Counted from the stretch's first letter, positions 1-7,429 are shown. The stretch is 27,968 bases of DNA from a virus (IMGVR_UViG_3300017913_001218:1-27968), one strand, 5' to 3'. Numbers and translations: made by a program. Notes: generated by a model from the sequence alone, not told the origin.

Positions 1-2
1 TG

Positions 3-509
3 AAGCACGAAGGCGGGTTCGTTAACCACCCGGAGGATCCGGGCGGCATGACAAACAAAGGCATCACGGCCAGGGTCTATGAACAATGGCTGTCTGAGAC
101 CATCGACTCCGACCCGGTGATTACAGAAGACACGATGCGAAACATACCGGCCAACCACGTCGCGGCTATCTACCGCGAAGAGTATTGGAACCGGGTATCT
201 GGTGACCAGCTGCCAGCCGGCCTGGACTGGGCTGTATTTGACTGGGCTGTGAATAGCGGCGTCGGTCGGTCAGCTCGCACATTACAGAAGATTGTAGGCG
301 TGACCGTTGATGGTGGTATTGGCCCCATGACCCTGGGCGCTGTAAATATCCATGAGCCGGAGAAGCTCATTACAGATATGTATTCCCGGCGCCAGGCTTT
401 TTATGAGCGCCTCAAAACATTCGAGACATTCGGCAAGGGCTGGACGCGGCGTAATGAAGAAACGCTGGAGCAGGCCATAAAGCTGTGTCGCGGAGAGGTC
501 GATGGCTAA
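3..509 (+). CDS. Endolysin, glycoside hydrolase family 108 with C-terminal peptidoglycan-binding region (5' truncated)
   Basis: Frame is open from nt 3: KHEGGFVNHPEDPGGMTNKGIT (EGG catalytic motif), then YW, FDWAVNSG, DGGIGPMT, FGKGWTRR. Confidence 0.9.
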   Translation, partial: KHEGGFVNHPEDPGGMTNKGITARVYEQWLSETIDSDPVITEDTMRNIPANHVAAIYREEYWNRVSGDQLPAGLDWAVFDWAVNSGVGRSARTLQKIVGVTVDGGIGPMTLGAVNIHEPEKLITDMYSRRQAFYERLKTFETFGKGWTRRNEETLEQAIKLCRGEVDG

Positions 510-759
510 GGCAAAAAAGAAATCTGTAAACCTATCTGTCGGGCGCGGTGAAAAGCGCTCGGTCAAACAGGGTGGCGGTCTCACGGCAAAAGGTCGTGCG
601 AAATACAACCGGGCAACAGGCAGCAAACTAAAGGCGCCAGTGACCGGCAAGGTAAAGCCAGGCAGCAAGGCTGCCAAAAGACGCAAGAGCTTCTGTGCCA
701 GATCCAAGAGCTGGACTGGCCCAAGAGGAAAGGCCGCAAGGCGCAGATGGAAATGTTAG
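502..759 (+). CDS. Small highly basic protein (DUF6321-like)
   Basis: 85 aa, K/R-rich; GGLTAKGRAKYNR..GSKLKAPV..RRKSFCAR..ARRRWKC pattern recalled from marine phage proteins; GGAGAGG RBS. Confidence 0.8.
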   Translation: MAKAKKKSVNLSVGRGEKRSVKQGGGLTAKGRAKYNRATGSKLKAPVTGKVKPGSKAAKRRKSFCARSKSWTGPRGKAARRRWKC

Positions 760-768
760 GAGATGCAC

Positions 769-879
769 ATGTACGGTAAGAAAAAAGCTGCCAAGAAAAC
801 AGGGCTGACTAAAAAGCAGAAGACACTGCCGAAGGCTCTGCAGTCTAAAATCATGAAGGCCAAGAAGAAGAAAAAGTAA
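769..879 (+). CDS. 36-aa lysine-rich peptide (not in ORF track)
   Basis: AGGAG RBS at 758-762; MYGKKKAAKKTGLTKKQKTLPKALQSKIMKAKKKKK (16 of 36 Lys); TAATG coupling to the next gene. Confidence 0.7.
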   Translation: MYGKKKAAKKTGLTKKQKTLPKALQSKIMKAKKKKK

Positions 880-1061
880 TGGCCAAGAAAAGCCAGGTAA
901 ACAAGGCCGGCAACTACACCAAGGCCGGCATGAGAAAGCGGCTGTATAAGTCTATTCTGGGCAGAGCTACGCACGGCACAGCCGCTGGTAAGTGGAGTGC
1001 TCGGAAAGCGCAGCTGCTTGCGAAGGAGTACAAAAAGCGGGGCGGGGGCTATAGAGACTGA
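879..1061 (+). CDS. Small basic protein, N-terminal half of a DUF5872-like family
   Basis: NYTK..GKWSARKAQLLAKEYKKRGGGY motif; translationally coupled on both sides. Confidence 0.8.
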   Translation: MAKKSQVNKAGNYTKAGMRKRLYKSILGRATHGTAAGKWSARKAQLLAKEYKKRGGGYRD

Positions 1062-1294
1062 TGCGCGCACCACAACGGTCATTGAAGAATTGGGGCAAAC
1101 AGAAATGGCGCACCAAGAGCGGCAAGAAGAGCAGCGAGACAGGCGAGCGGTATCTGCCGGAAGCAGCTATCAAAGCTCTGAGCCCCAAGGAATATGCCGC
1201 TACTACGAGGGCGAAGCGCAAGGCGAAACGCCAGGGCAAACAGTTCTCGAAGCAGCCCGAAAGCATCATGAAGAAAACCAGGCGCTTCAGGTAG
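1061..1294 (+). CDS. Small basic protein, C-terminal half of a DUF5872-like family
   Basis: QRSLKNWGKQKWRTKSG..RYLPEAA..LSPKEYAATTRAKR..GKQF motif; TGATG overlap with the upstream gene. Confidence 0.8.
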   Translation: MRAPQRSLKNWGKQKWRTKSGKKSSETGERYLPEAAIKALSPKEYAATTRAKRKAKRQGKQFSKQPESIMKKTRRFR

Positions 1295-1393
1295 TATGCC
1301 GCTACGGTTTTGAAACTGATAATATGCCCGGCTGGGACATGACCCGCATGTCCGGGCATCACGGCGCAGAGGGCAGGGTTATATGGACACGCC

Positions 1394-1436
1394 GGGTCAC
1401 ATACACTTTGTGACCTGGGTCACAGCTGGGTCACAG
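1394..1436 (+). repeat. Left (P) arm-type integrase binding repeats of attP
   Basis: GGGTCACA 1394-1401; inverted TGTGACC 1409-1415; tandem CTGGGTCACAG at 1415-1425 and 1426-1436. Confidence 0.8.
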
Positions 1437-1526
1437 ACTAGGCGGGATTGAATGGGATAATGCAGTATATGCTTGCACCGTAAATCACTGTAATATATCG
1501 TGATGGGACATGTTAGGACGCTTTCT

Positions 1527-1556
1527 TGACAGGTTCGAGTCCCGTCACTCCCGCCA
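1527..1556 (+). other. attP: attP core: 3' end of tRNA-Asp (T arm, acceptor strand, CCA)
   Basis: GGTTCGAGTCCCGTCACTCCCGCCA at 1532-1556; core inverted repeat TGACAGG-[TTCGAGT]-CCCGTCA centred on the T loop; no 5' tRNA half; lies next to the integrase operon. Confidence 0.85.
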
Positions 1557-1559
1557 CCC

Positions 1560-1596
1560 AAGTCGTTGAAAGCATTAGCTTTTGACGGCTTTTTTT
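1560..1596 (+). terminator. Rho-independent terminator after the tRNA 3' fragment; overlaps an IHF-like site at 1559-1571
   Basis: Stem AAGTCGTTGAAAGC-ATTA-GCTTTTGACGGCTT followed by a T run; reverse strand TTTCAACGACTTG has one mismatch to WATCAANNNNTTR. Confidence 0.7.
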
Positions 1597-1600
1597 GTGC

Positions 1601-1622
1601 CTGGGTCACAGATGGGTCACAA
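1601..1622 (+). repeat. Right (P') arm-type integrase binding repeats of attP
   Basis: Tandem 11-mers CTGGGTCACAG and ATGGGTCACAA. Confidence 0.8.
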
Positions 1623-1651
1623 GAAATCATGGGTGGGTGCGGGATTTTACC

Positions 1652-1695
1652 TTGACCTTGACGGAAACCGTCACTATATTTGACGTATAAGGTTA
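1652..1695 (+). promoter_or_regulatory. Sigma70-type promoter of the int operon with two operators
   Basis: TTGACC-17 bp-TATATT; inverted repeat TGACGG-AAA-CCGTCA (1659-1673) in the spacer; TGACGTATAAGGTTA at 1681-1695. Confidence 0.7.
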
Positions 1696-1711
1696 AGAAA
1701 GGGAGAACGAA

Positions 1712-1936
1712 ATGAACAATACATTTTTCACTGCCGCTGAACTCGCTGCCGATTACGATCACGTCGCTGATTACTTTGACGGCGGCCTGGCTGCCTACCG
1801 CGCCAAGGACACAGGCCTGCTTCGCATTATCGACGCAGACAGCGGTGGCTGCATCCTCGCAATGGGTGGTAACCCATTTACCAAAAACATTGAAGATGCC
1901 AAGCGCATTGCAGATGACAAGATGGCGGTGGCCTAA
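1712..1936 (+). CDS. Hypothetical protein (74 aa)
   Basis: GGGAGA RBS; first gene after the promoter. Confidence 0.7.
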   Translation: MNNTFFTAAELAADYDHVADYFDGGLAAYRAKDTGLLRIIDADSGGCILAMGGNPFTKNIEDAKRIADDKMAVA

Positions 1937-1962
1937 CAGCCCCGCCCCACAGGGAGAACGAC

Positions 1963-3081
1963 ATGCATATCGTAGTCAAAGAAATCAAATCACGCGCAAA
2001 GGCAGGAAAGGCTGCCTTCTGCGTAGACACACGCACCCTGGTCGATGGCGGCAAGCAGCGCTTCTTCGCAACCAGGCAACAGGCTCAGGCCTACGCTGAC
2101 CAGCTCGTATCTGAGCTGGCGCCTAACCTGGGCGAAAGCTGGGACTGGACGTTCCAGCAGCTGCGCGACCATTTCATTGCACACGTTGAGCGCGCCTACG
2201 AAGACGGCGACGTGACACGTTCTAGCCTGATTGAGAAACGCCGGCACAGCCAGGCGTTTATCGACCTGAAGCTCAGCAACAAGGCGCTGGCTAAATCGAA
2301 GGTGCGCGACCTGACCACTGGCCAGATCCGGCTGCAGCTGATGGACGAGCTGAAGGCCGGCCGCTCTGTCAAAACTGTTAAGAACATCATGGGCAATGTC
2401 CGCGTGATGCTCGACTACGCTATTGATTCGGGCTGCCGCAACAGCAACCCAGCGCTGGGCGTTAAGGCAAAAGGCATGAAGACGCAGGACACTGGCAAAG
2501 CACAGCGCATCCAGCCGGCAGTGATTGAGACTATTATTGCACATATGCCCGAGGCTTGGGCGCTACGCGCTCGCTTTGCTGCGACTACTGGCCTGCGCCA
2601 GGGTGAGCAACGCGCCCTGCTGTGGTCAGACATCGACCTGGATGCCGGCTATGTGTACGTCACCAAGGCTGTAAAGCACCGCGCCGAGGTAGGCGACACT
2701 AAGACTGCCAAGGGTAACCGTAAGGTGCCACTTACCCCTGACGTTAAACAGCTGCTGCAAGAGCTCTATCTGCGCGCTGGGCGGCCATCAGCTGGTCAGC
2801 TGGTGTTCCCTAGCACAACCGGCAACGTGCTCTCTGATAGCCGTTTCCTGGCCGCTCTGCACAAGGCCTGTGATGCAGCTGGTGTTGAGCGCATCCGCTG
2901 GCATGACCTTCGCCATTACTATGCCAGCCGTATCCTGCAGGCGTTCAACGGTGACTGGTGGACAGTGACTAACCTGATGGGTCATGAAAGCATTAAGACA
3001 ACCACCAACATCTATGGCCATTGGCTCGAAAGCGAAGAGCAGGACGCCAAGATTGCTGACGCTATCTCGGGGGCGTTCTAA
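1963..3081 (+). CDS. int: Tyrosine recombinase (phage integrase)
   Basis: TGLRQGE (R), KTAKGNR (K), HDLRH (HxxR), LMGH, IYGH (Y); NPA motif after the core-binding domain. Confidence 0.95.
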   Translation: MHIVVKEIKSRAKAGKAAFCVDTRTLVDGGKQRFFATRQQAQAYADQLVSELAPNLGESWDWTFQQLRDHFIAHVERAYEDGDVTRSSLIEKRRHSQAFIDLKLSNKALAKSKVRDLTTGQIRLQLMDELKAGRSVKTVKNIMGNVRVMLDYAIDSGCRNSNPALGVKAKGMKTQDTGKAQRIQPAVIETIIAHMPEAWALRARFAATTGLRQGEQRALLWSDIDLDAGYVYVTKAVKHRAEVGDTKTAKGNRKVPLTPDVKQLLQELYLRAGRPSAGQLVFPSTTGNVLSDSRFLAALHKACDAAGVERIRWHDLRHYYASRILQAFNGDWWTVTNLMGHESIKTTTNIYGHWLESEEQDAKIADAISGAF

Positions 3082-3494
3082 TGGAACCGCGTCTTATAGA
3101 AAAGTATCGTGTCGGGGGTAATATCAAAACCCTCGGCGCGCACGAAACCAGGTGGCAGTTTGGCAACCATGAGATTCGTGTTCGGGTACGCCGGGGCAAC
3201 TGGCAGTTTCACATCAACGCCAACGCCAGGATATCTGGTTGGAATGACCGCGTCTTGGCAGATTTCCCGGAATGGCTGGACGTCCGCTGCCCTACAATGA
3301 CAGACGAACAGCTGCCTGACGTTGAGGCATGGATGCGCCGGATTTTAGATGAAGACGAAGACACCAGGCAGTTCTTTGTCAGCAATGAAAGATATCTGCC
3401 GCGTCAGAAAGAGTTTGTCGGGCAGCCGTCCAGGTATTGGATGCCTGATTGCGACAGGGGCAAACCCGAAAGAGTACAGAGCTGGACAGAGTAA
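3081..3494 (+). CDS. Hypothetical protein (137 aa) coupled to int
   Basis: TAATG overlap with the int stop; ends at a terminator. Confidence 0.65.
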   Translation: MEPRLIEKYRVGGNIKTLGAHETRWQFGNHEIRVRVRRGNWQFHINANARISGWNDRVLADFPEWLDVRCPTMTDEQLPDVEAWMRRILDEDEDTRQFFVSNERYLPRQKEFVGQPSRYWMPDCDRGKPERVQSWTE

Positions 3495-3522
3495 GGGGCG
3501 CCTCAGCGCCCCTTCTTTTTTT
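3493..3522 (+). terminator. Rho-independent terminator between convergent operons
   Basis: AAGGGGCGC-CTCA-GCGCCCCTT then CTTTTTTT. Confidence 0.85.
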
Positions 3523-3706
3523 CTTTGATGTGAAACGGATCTATCTTATCCGAGTGCGGTATGTCCGCAGACGTAGAGCTGTAGACAAAGGTCTCGGGGC
3601 GTTTCACCCGCTGATATCTGTCCGGCTCATCTTCAGCAGCTGGGTCATCAATAAATCCCTCTTCTGGTTTCCCTGGCTGCTTGGTGGAATCGGAACGCGA
3701 TGTCAT
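3503..3706 (-). CDS. Hypothetical protein (67 aa)
   Basis: Fills the gap between xis and the terminator; no motif recognised; competes with an overlapping frame. Confidence 0.4.
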   Translation of the reverse strand: MTSRSDSTKQPGKPEEGFIDDPAAEDEPDRYQRVKRPETFVYSSTSADIPHSDKIDPFHIKEKKKGR

Positions 3707-3711
3707 CTAGC

Positions 3712-3963
3712 TCATCCGCTGTTGCTTTCCTGGTCACGAATTGGCCAAGCACTATCGCGCAGACCTTGCCCGGCACCGGGTACACCAGAAATTCCGCAGA
3801 CGTCGTCAAGCACAGCTCGTGCGACATAGATTTTCTTGCCAGACGAGATCGTTTGGACGTCATTGCTTTTAATAAGGCGCCACGTCCGTTTGTACGTTGC
3901 GTCTGTGTCTTCGCCAAAAAGGTACGCAGCTGCTTCATGCAGCGTGAGAAGATTACCATCCAT
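3712..3963 (-). CDS. xis: Excisionase-like helix-turn-helix protein
   Basis: MDGNLLTLHEAAAYL..TWRLIKS..GKKIYVAR pattern of HTH_17/Xis; start moved to the ATG at 3963; convergent with int. Confidence 0.7.
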   Translation of the reverse strand: MDGNLLTLHEAAAYLFGEDTDATYKRTWRLIKSNDVQTISSGKKIYVARAVLDDVCGISGVPGAGQGLRDSAWPIRDQESNSG

Positions 3964-4339
3964 TACCGCCCCCTTTGGCTGCCTCATAGCTTTGAGCCGG
4001 TGCAGCTGCAGTTGTTGGTGGCGGCGTGTAGCCCTGCGGGTCGTTGACCATCAGCTGAAACTGCATCACCTTGGGGTAGTCCCGCACATCTTCGACGCCT
4101 GGCACCCGCTGCGATACCGTGACACCGAGCTCGACGCCGGCATCAGCCAGCTGCTTGTGCAAGTCTTCGCAGATTTGCTTCTGCTCGGGGGTCATTGGCG
4201 TGAAGCGCTTCGCCTGGTCATCCCATTCAGTGCGAAACTGAATAAAGGCTATGCCCCGGTATTCGATGTGTTCGCCGGTCTCGTCCATCATCTGGACGTT
4301 GCCTCTCATCTTAAATTTAGAACGTGAAAAATGCGGCAT
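3953..4339 (-). CDS. Hypothetical protein, possibly ssDNA-binding
   Basis: Follows the SSAP gene; beta-rich N-terminus with a flexible Pro/Ala/Gly tail ending in Trp; function is positional inference. Confidence 0.6.
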   Translation of the reverse strand: MPHFSRSKFKMRGNVQMMDETGEHIEYRGIAFIQFRTEWDDQAKRFTPMTPEQKQICEDLHKQLADAGVELGVTVSQRVPGVEDVRDYPKVMQFQLMVNDPQGYTPPPTTAAAPAQSYEAAKGGGNGW

Positions 4340-5010
4340 TATCTTACTCCTGAATTTAGTTCATCATATTTGGCGCCGTAGTGGTCTTTGAGCTCAGCGC
4401 ATAGCTCTCTGTCAGCCTCGAAAAGGTCATGTCTCGCCTTCTCGGTACTGCTTGCCCAGCGGTGCAAAGCATTGATGTCTTTCTTTTCATCAATGCGTCT
4501 TTTTTCCTGGTCTACCCAGTCCCGCCAGGGGTTATCGTCAAAGGGGATATCATCCAGTGCCGGTGGCGCTGGCGTGTCTTTCGGCGGGTCAGCTGATGGC
4601 TGCGGCGCCCCGCCCATGTTTTCTGGCCGTTCTTCTTTGAAGGCGTCTGCTTCATCTTCTGAATAAACAAAACCGGCCACGCCAATCAGCTTGAGAATCA
4701 CCCGGTCTTTCGCGCGCTTCTCTGCCATAGCATAGGGATAGCTGTTCTTATTGTTGTAAGGCACAGCTTCGCCAATCGACCATTCGACGGCATCCCCTAG
4801 CCGGCCAGACACTTGCATGACAACTGTCTTTTTCTCGGCGTTAGCTTCAATGATAACCGGCGGGTCAAAAGTGATGCCCAGGTGAGCAGCGACCTGTTCC
4901 AAAGCCTTGTGCAGCGCAACCGGGGTGCCGTGGCAATCCCAGGTGGCCTGCTCTCTTGTGAGACCTATGTCTTTGAAGATCTCAATTAGTTTTTTAGGCA
5001 AGTCAGCCAT
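4339..5010 (-). CDS. Single-strand annealing protein (Rad52/Sak/Redbeta-like)
   Basis: AMAEKRAKDRVILKLIGVAGFVYSEDEAD resembles the SSAP core motif; Pro-rich linker and helical C-terminal domain; same operon as a nuclease. Confidence 0.7.
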   Translation of the reverse strand: MADLPKKLIEIFKDIGLTREQATWDCHGTPVALHKALEQVAAHLGITFDPPVIIEANAEKKTVVMQVSGRLGDAVEWSIGEAVPYNNKNSYPYAMAEKRAKDRVILKLIGVAGFVYSEDEADAFKEERPENMGGAPQPSADPPKDTPAPPALDDIPFDDNPWRDWVDQEKRRIDEKKDINALHRWASSTEKARHDLFEADRELCAELKDHYGAKYDELNSGVR

Positions 5011-5353
5011 TCAAATTCTCCAAAAAGTCGATGCCTTTGTCGGTGATTTTCCACACCACCTCTTGGCGTTTACGTTCATTCCTGGCGCGCTCGCCGCTAT
5101 CGGCGACCAAGCCCATGCGCTGCAGCTCAGTGATGCGAGGCTTGACGCTGTACAACCAAGCGCCCATCCTGTCAGCAACCTGGCTACCAGTCAGGCCGGG
5201 CTGGGCTGAGGCGAGGCTTTGCAGGGCTTGCAACCTCAGTCCAGTCACCTTTGGCGCTATAAATTCAGCTGCCGCTATCTCTGTGTCTTTCGCGTCTTTG
5301 TGGACGTTTGGGCCAGGGTCACCAGGCCATTCAAGAAGGTCTTGCTGTACCAT
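5003..5353 (-). CDS. Winged-helix DNA-binding protein
   Basis: GLTGSQVADRMG..SVKPRITELQRMGLV..SGER..VWKIT; start at the ATG at 5353 (TAATG coupling). Confidence 0.75.
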   Translation of the reverse strand: MVQQDLLEWPGDPGPNVHKDAKDTEIAAAEFIAPKVTGLRLQALQSLASAQPGLTGSQVADRMGAWLYSVKPRITELQRMGLVADSGERARNERKRQEVVWKITDKGIDFLENLNG

Positions 5354-5463
5354 TACCAAGCCCCCTCTGGTGCAAGCACCCACAATAAAAAGTAAAGCTC
5401 AGCCATGAGCAGGGCGAAGGCTAAGCCCCCGATTATTTCTTTAATCCATTCCCATTTTGTCAT
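5353..5463 (-). CDS. 36-aa single-pass membrane peptide (not in ORF track)
   Basis: MTKWEWIKEIIGGLAFALLMAELYFLLWVLAPEGAW; TAATG overlaps at both ends fill the gap exactly. Confidence 0.75.
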   Translation of the reverse strand: MTKWEWIKEIIGGLAFALLMAELYFLLWVLAPEGAW

Positions 5464-6401
5464 TACACACTCCATATTTTCCGGGCTTCAGCTAGGTATG
5501 TTTCAGGTTCCTGCCAGTAGATTGCCTGCCAGTCAGGCGCGACTAGACCCAGCAGCTCGTCTTTCGTGCTGGCAGCTCGCAGGATGTTTTCGGTGGTTTT
5601 GCACTGCAGGATGATGTCGTTGAGCACGTCCTGCAGAAAGTCGTCGCGCAGCTCGGGCGCGTTCTCGGGCGTGAACACCCGGTAGTCTGTGGCGTTGGCG
5701 TACACCAGGAAAGGTGGACGGTGGCCGTTCAATGCCCAGAATCCACAAGACTGGTACACGTTGTTCATGTCGAACATGCCGGTCAGTGACGTAGGCAAAC
5801 TGCCGGCCTGCCAACCTGATTTGGCTCTGGAGCTCGGGCGTGACCATTTTGTTTTCAGGTCACCCCGGTTGGCATAGTCCGGGCGCGTGTCATACGGCAC
5901 CGCCAGGCCGGGCATGAGACCCAGCAGCTGCTTCTCACCCAAAATCCTGTTCTCGCTAGCCATAGCCTCTTGCAGGCCTTTTATGGCGTGTTCTGCGACC
6001 AGGGGCAGCTCTTCCAGATATTTATCTTTCCGGGCTGCGTCGTCTTCATCTTTGGGTTTGTAGTTTTGCAGCTGCTCGACGCCGGCATGTGTGGCGTCAG
6101 CCAGGCTGAGTGTCTCGCCGTTCTCATCCATGACCAGGTGTAGGTCAGTGATTGTCTGGGTAGCCTTGCCGGCTTCCATGTTGGCTGAGCTGCGCCTGTC
6201 GTTCAGGCGGTACAGAACATCTTTGGCTCGCAGCTTGTCAGCGTCTGAGGCATCAGTGTCCCGCAATACATCAAAGGCCGCGCCGATTAGCGGCCTCACA
6301 TGCGTTTTTTCAAAAAGGTTTTTCGCTCGGTCTTTTGAGCGAGGATTGGAATGGGTACGCACATTGTGGCGCGTTGCCCAGTCCGGCACGTCATGAAGCA
6401 T
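5463..6401 (-). CDS. PD-(D/E)xK superfamily exonuclease
   Basis: E..TRPDY..GDLKT motif and a downstream YQ helix; likely start MLHDVP at 6401 after GGGAGA (alternative start 6416). Confidence 0.7.
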   Translation of the reverse strand: MLHDVPDWATRHNVRTHSNPRSKDRAKNLFEKTHVRPLIGAAFDVLRDTDASDADKLRAKDVLYRLNDRRSSANMEAGKATQTITDLHLVMDENGETLSLADATHAGVEQLQNYKPKDEDDAARKDKYLEELPLVAEHAIKGLQEAMASENRILGEKQLLGLMPGLAVPYDTRPDYANRGDLKTKWSRPSSRAKSGWQAGSLPTSLTGMFDMNNVYQSCGFWALNGHRPPFLVYANATDYRVFTPENAPELRDDFLQDVLNDIILQCKTTENILRAASTKDELLGLVAPDWQAIYWQEPETYLAEARKIWSV

Positions 6402-6430
6402 GATAGTCTCTCCCATACTGTTATGGGATA

Positions 6431-6461
6431 AAACGTATTACGCCATGACGTTATATGTCAA
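6431..6461 (-). promoter_or_regulatory. Leftward early promoter (PL-like) with tandem operators
   Basis: Minus strand TTGACA (6461-6456)-18 bp-TACGTT; operators TGACGTTATATGTCA (6446-6460) and AAACGTATTACGCCA (6431-6445). Confidence 0.7.
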
Positions 6462-6462
6462 G

Positions 6463-7128
6463 CTACTTATCTAATACTACCTCAACCTGGCGAAGCTCAG
6501 GCCTCAAGCTGACGGCTAATAACGGAGAAGCCCATTCAAGTTTTAGGCCTTTCCTAATCTTGTCATTCAGCACGTTGTGAATTGTATATGTGCCGCCTGG
6601 CTCTGGGTATACGACGCCAAACAATAGCCCAGACTCTGCTGAGGAATCAGCATCAGGAATGTCGCCAATAACTTTAACAAATGATTCGTGCATGATTGCG
6701 TCAGGGTCAACTTCGCCTTTTTCTATTGGCGAGCGTTTTATGAAGGCCACAGCGTTTTTCCAGCCAAAGTGACGGCCAGCGTAGTCTTTATCAGCGCTGT
6801 AAATGATTGCCGCTGTATCGCTTTGCATATGGTTGTGCAGATATACTTTGCCTAAAGATTTCCCGGCAGCTATCGACCTAGTCATGCTGTCATCTTTGTT
6901 GATGTGCATGTAGCCAATTATTTTGACCGGCTTCTGCGCGAACAATATATCTTGGGGCATACAATCAAGGATCTTGGCGTATTGTTCTGCATCCTGCAGC
7001 GTCATCTGTATCTTGCCATGAACATGACGCGACAAGGTCTCAGGCGTAATGCCTTTCAGCTCCGCGACGTTTCTCTTTGTCATGCCTGATTTGGCAATCA
7101 TAATTTCTAAGTTATTTGGCATCAGCAT
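6463..7128 (-). CDS. cI: CI-like repressor (XRE HTH plus degenerate S24-like C-terminal domain)
   Basis: SGMTKRNVAELKGITPETLSRHVHG HTH; divergent from the cro-like gene; AAGGTGA RBS. Confidence 0.8.
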   Translation of the reverse strand: MLMPNNLEIMIAKSGMTKRNVAELKGITPETLSRHVHGKIQMTLQDAEQYAKILDCMPQDILFAQKPVKIIGYMHINKDDSMTRSIAAGKSLGKVYLHNHMQSDTAAIIYSADKDYAGRHFGWKNAVAFIKRSPIEKGEVDPDAIMHESFVKVIGDIPDADSSAESGLLFGVVYPEPGGTYTIHNVLNDKIRKGLKLEWASPLLAVSLRPELRQVEVVLDK

Positions 7129-7140
7129 AATATATCACCT

Positions 7141-7208
7141 TTACGGTTTCCGTTAAAGCCAGAAGATGACGATAAACAACTAGACGGCATACGTCAAGGT
7201 GTGATACT
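7141..7208. promoter_or_regulatory. Divergent PRM/PR-like promoters and operators
   Basis: Minus strand TTGACG(7197-7192)-17-TATCGT; plus strand TAGACG-16-GATACT with a TG extension; operators at 7141-7155 and 7182-7196. Confidence 0.7.
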
Positions 7209-7216
7209 GATTACGC

Positions 7217-7429
7217 ATGACACTTGATGATTTTAGACGCAAAAAGGGCTGGTCGTACAGCGAATTGGCCAGGCAAGTAGGGGCATCACATGCGACTGTG
7301 TCGCGCCGCTGGTGCCTGCCGCATGGCCATGAAGACCGGCTCATACCCAATGAATTGTTTATGGAACGCATTGTTCAGGTCAGTGCGGGTGAGGTGATGC
7401 CTAATGATTTCTACCTACGCCGAGACTGA
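7217..7429 (+). CDS. cro: Cro-like XRE regulator
   Basis: MTLDDFRRKKGWSYSELARQVGASHATVSRRW..IVQVSAGEVMPNDFY; no SD sequence, so probably a nearly leaderless transcript. Confidence 0.85.
   Translation: MTLDDFRRKKGWSYSELARQVGASHATVSRRWCLPHGHEDRLIPNELFMERIVQVSAGEVMPNDFYLRRD

Noticed and set aside
1324-1359. Bulged hairpin ATGCCC..GGACATG-ACCCG-CATGTCC-GGGCAT as a terminator or ncRNA
   Set aside because: No U tract and only a single hairpin; GGGACATG recurs at about 1505 and may be an Xis-type site, but the evidence is too thin
1480-1556. Complete phage tRNA gene
   Set aside because: Only the T arm and 3' acceptor strand are present; upstream DNA cannot form the D arm, anticodon arm or 5' acceptor strand, so it is an attP core
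1394-1622. CRISPR-like repeats
   Set aside because: Repeats are 8-11 bp without regular unique spacers; they fit integrase arm sites
997-1762. ORFs 997-1413 (+), 967-1362 (-) and 1397-1762 (-)
   Set aside because: They overlap better supported genes or run through attP and the promoter; no motifs recognised
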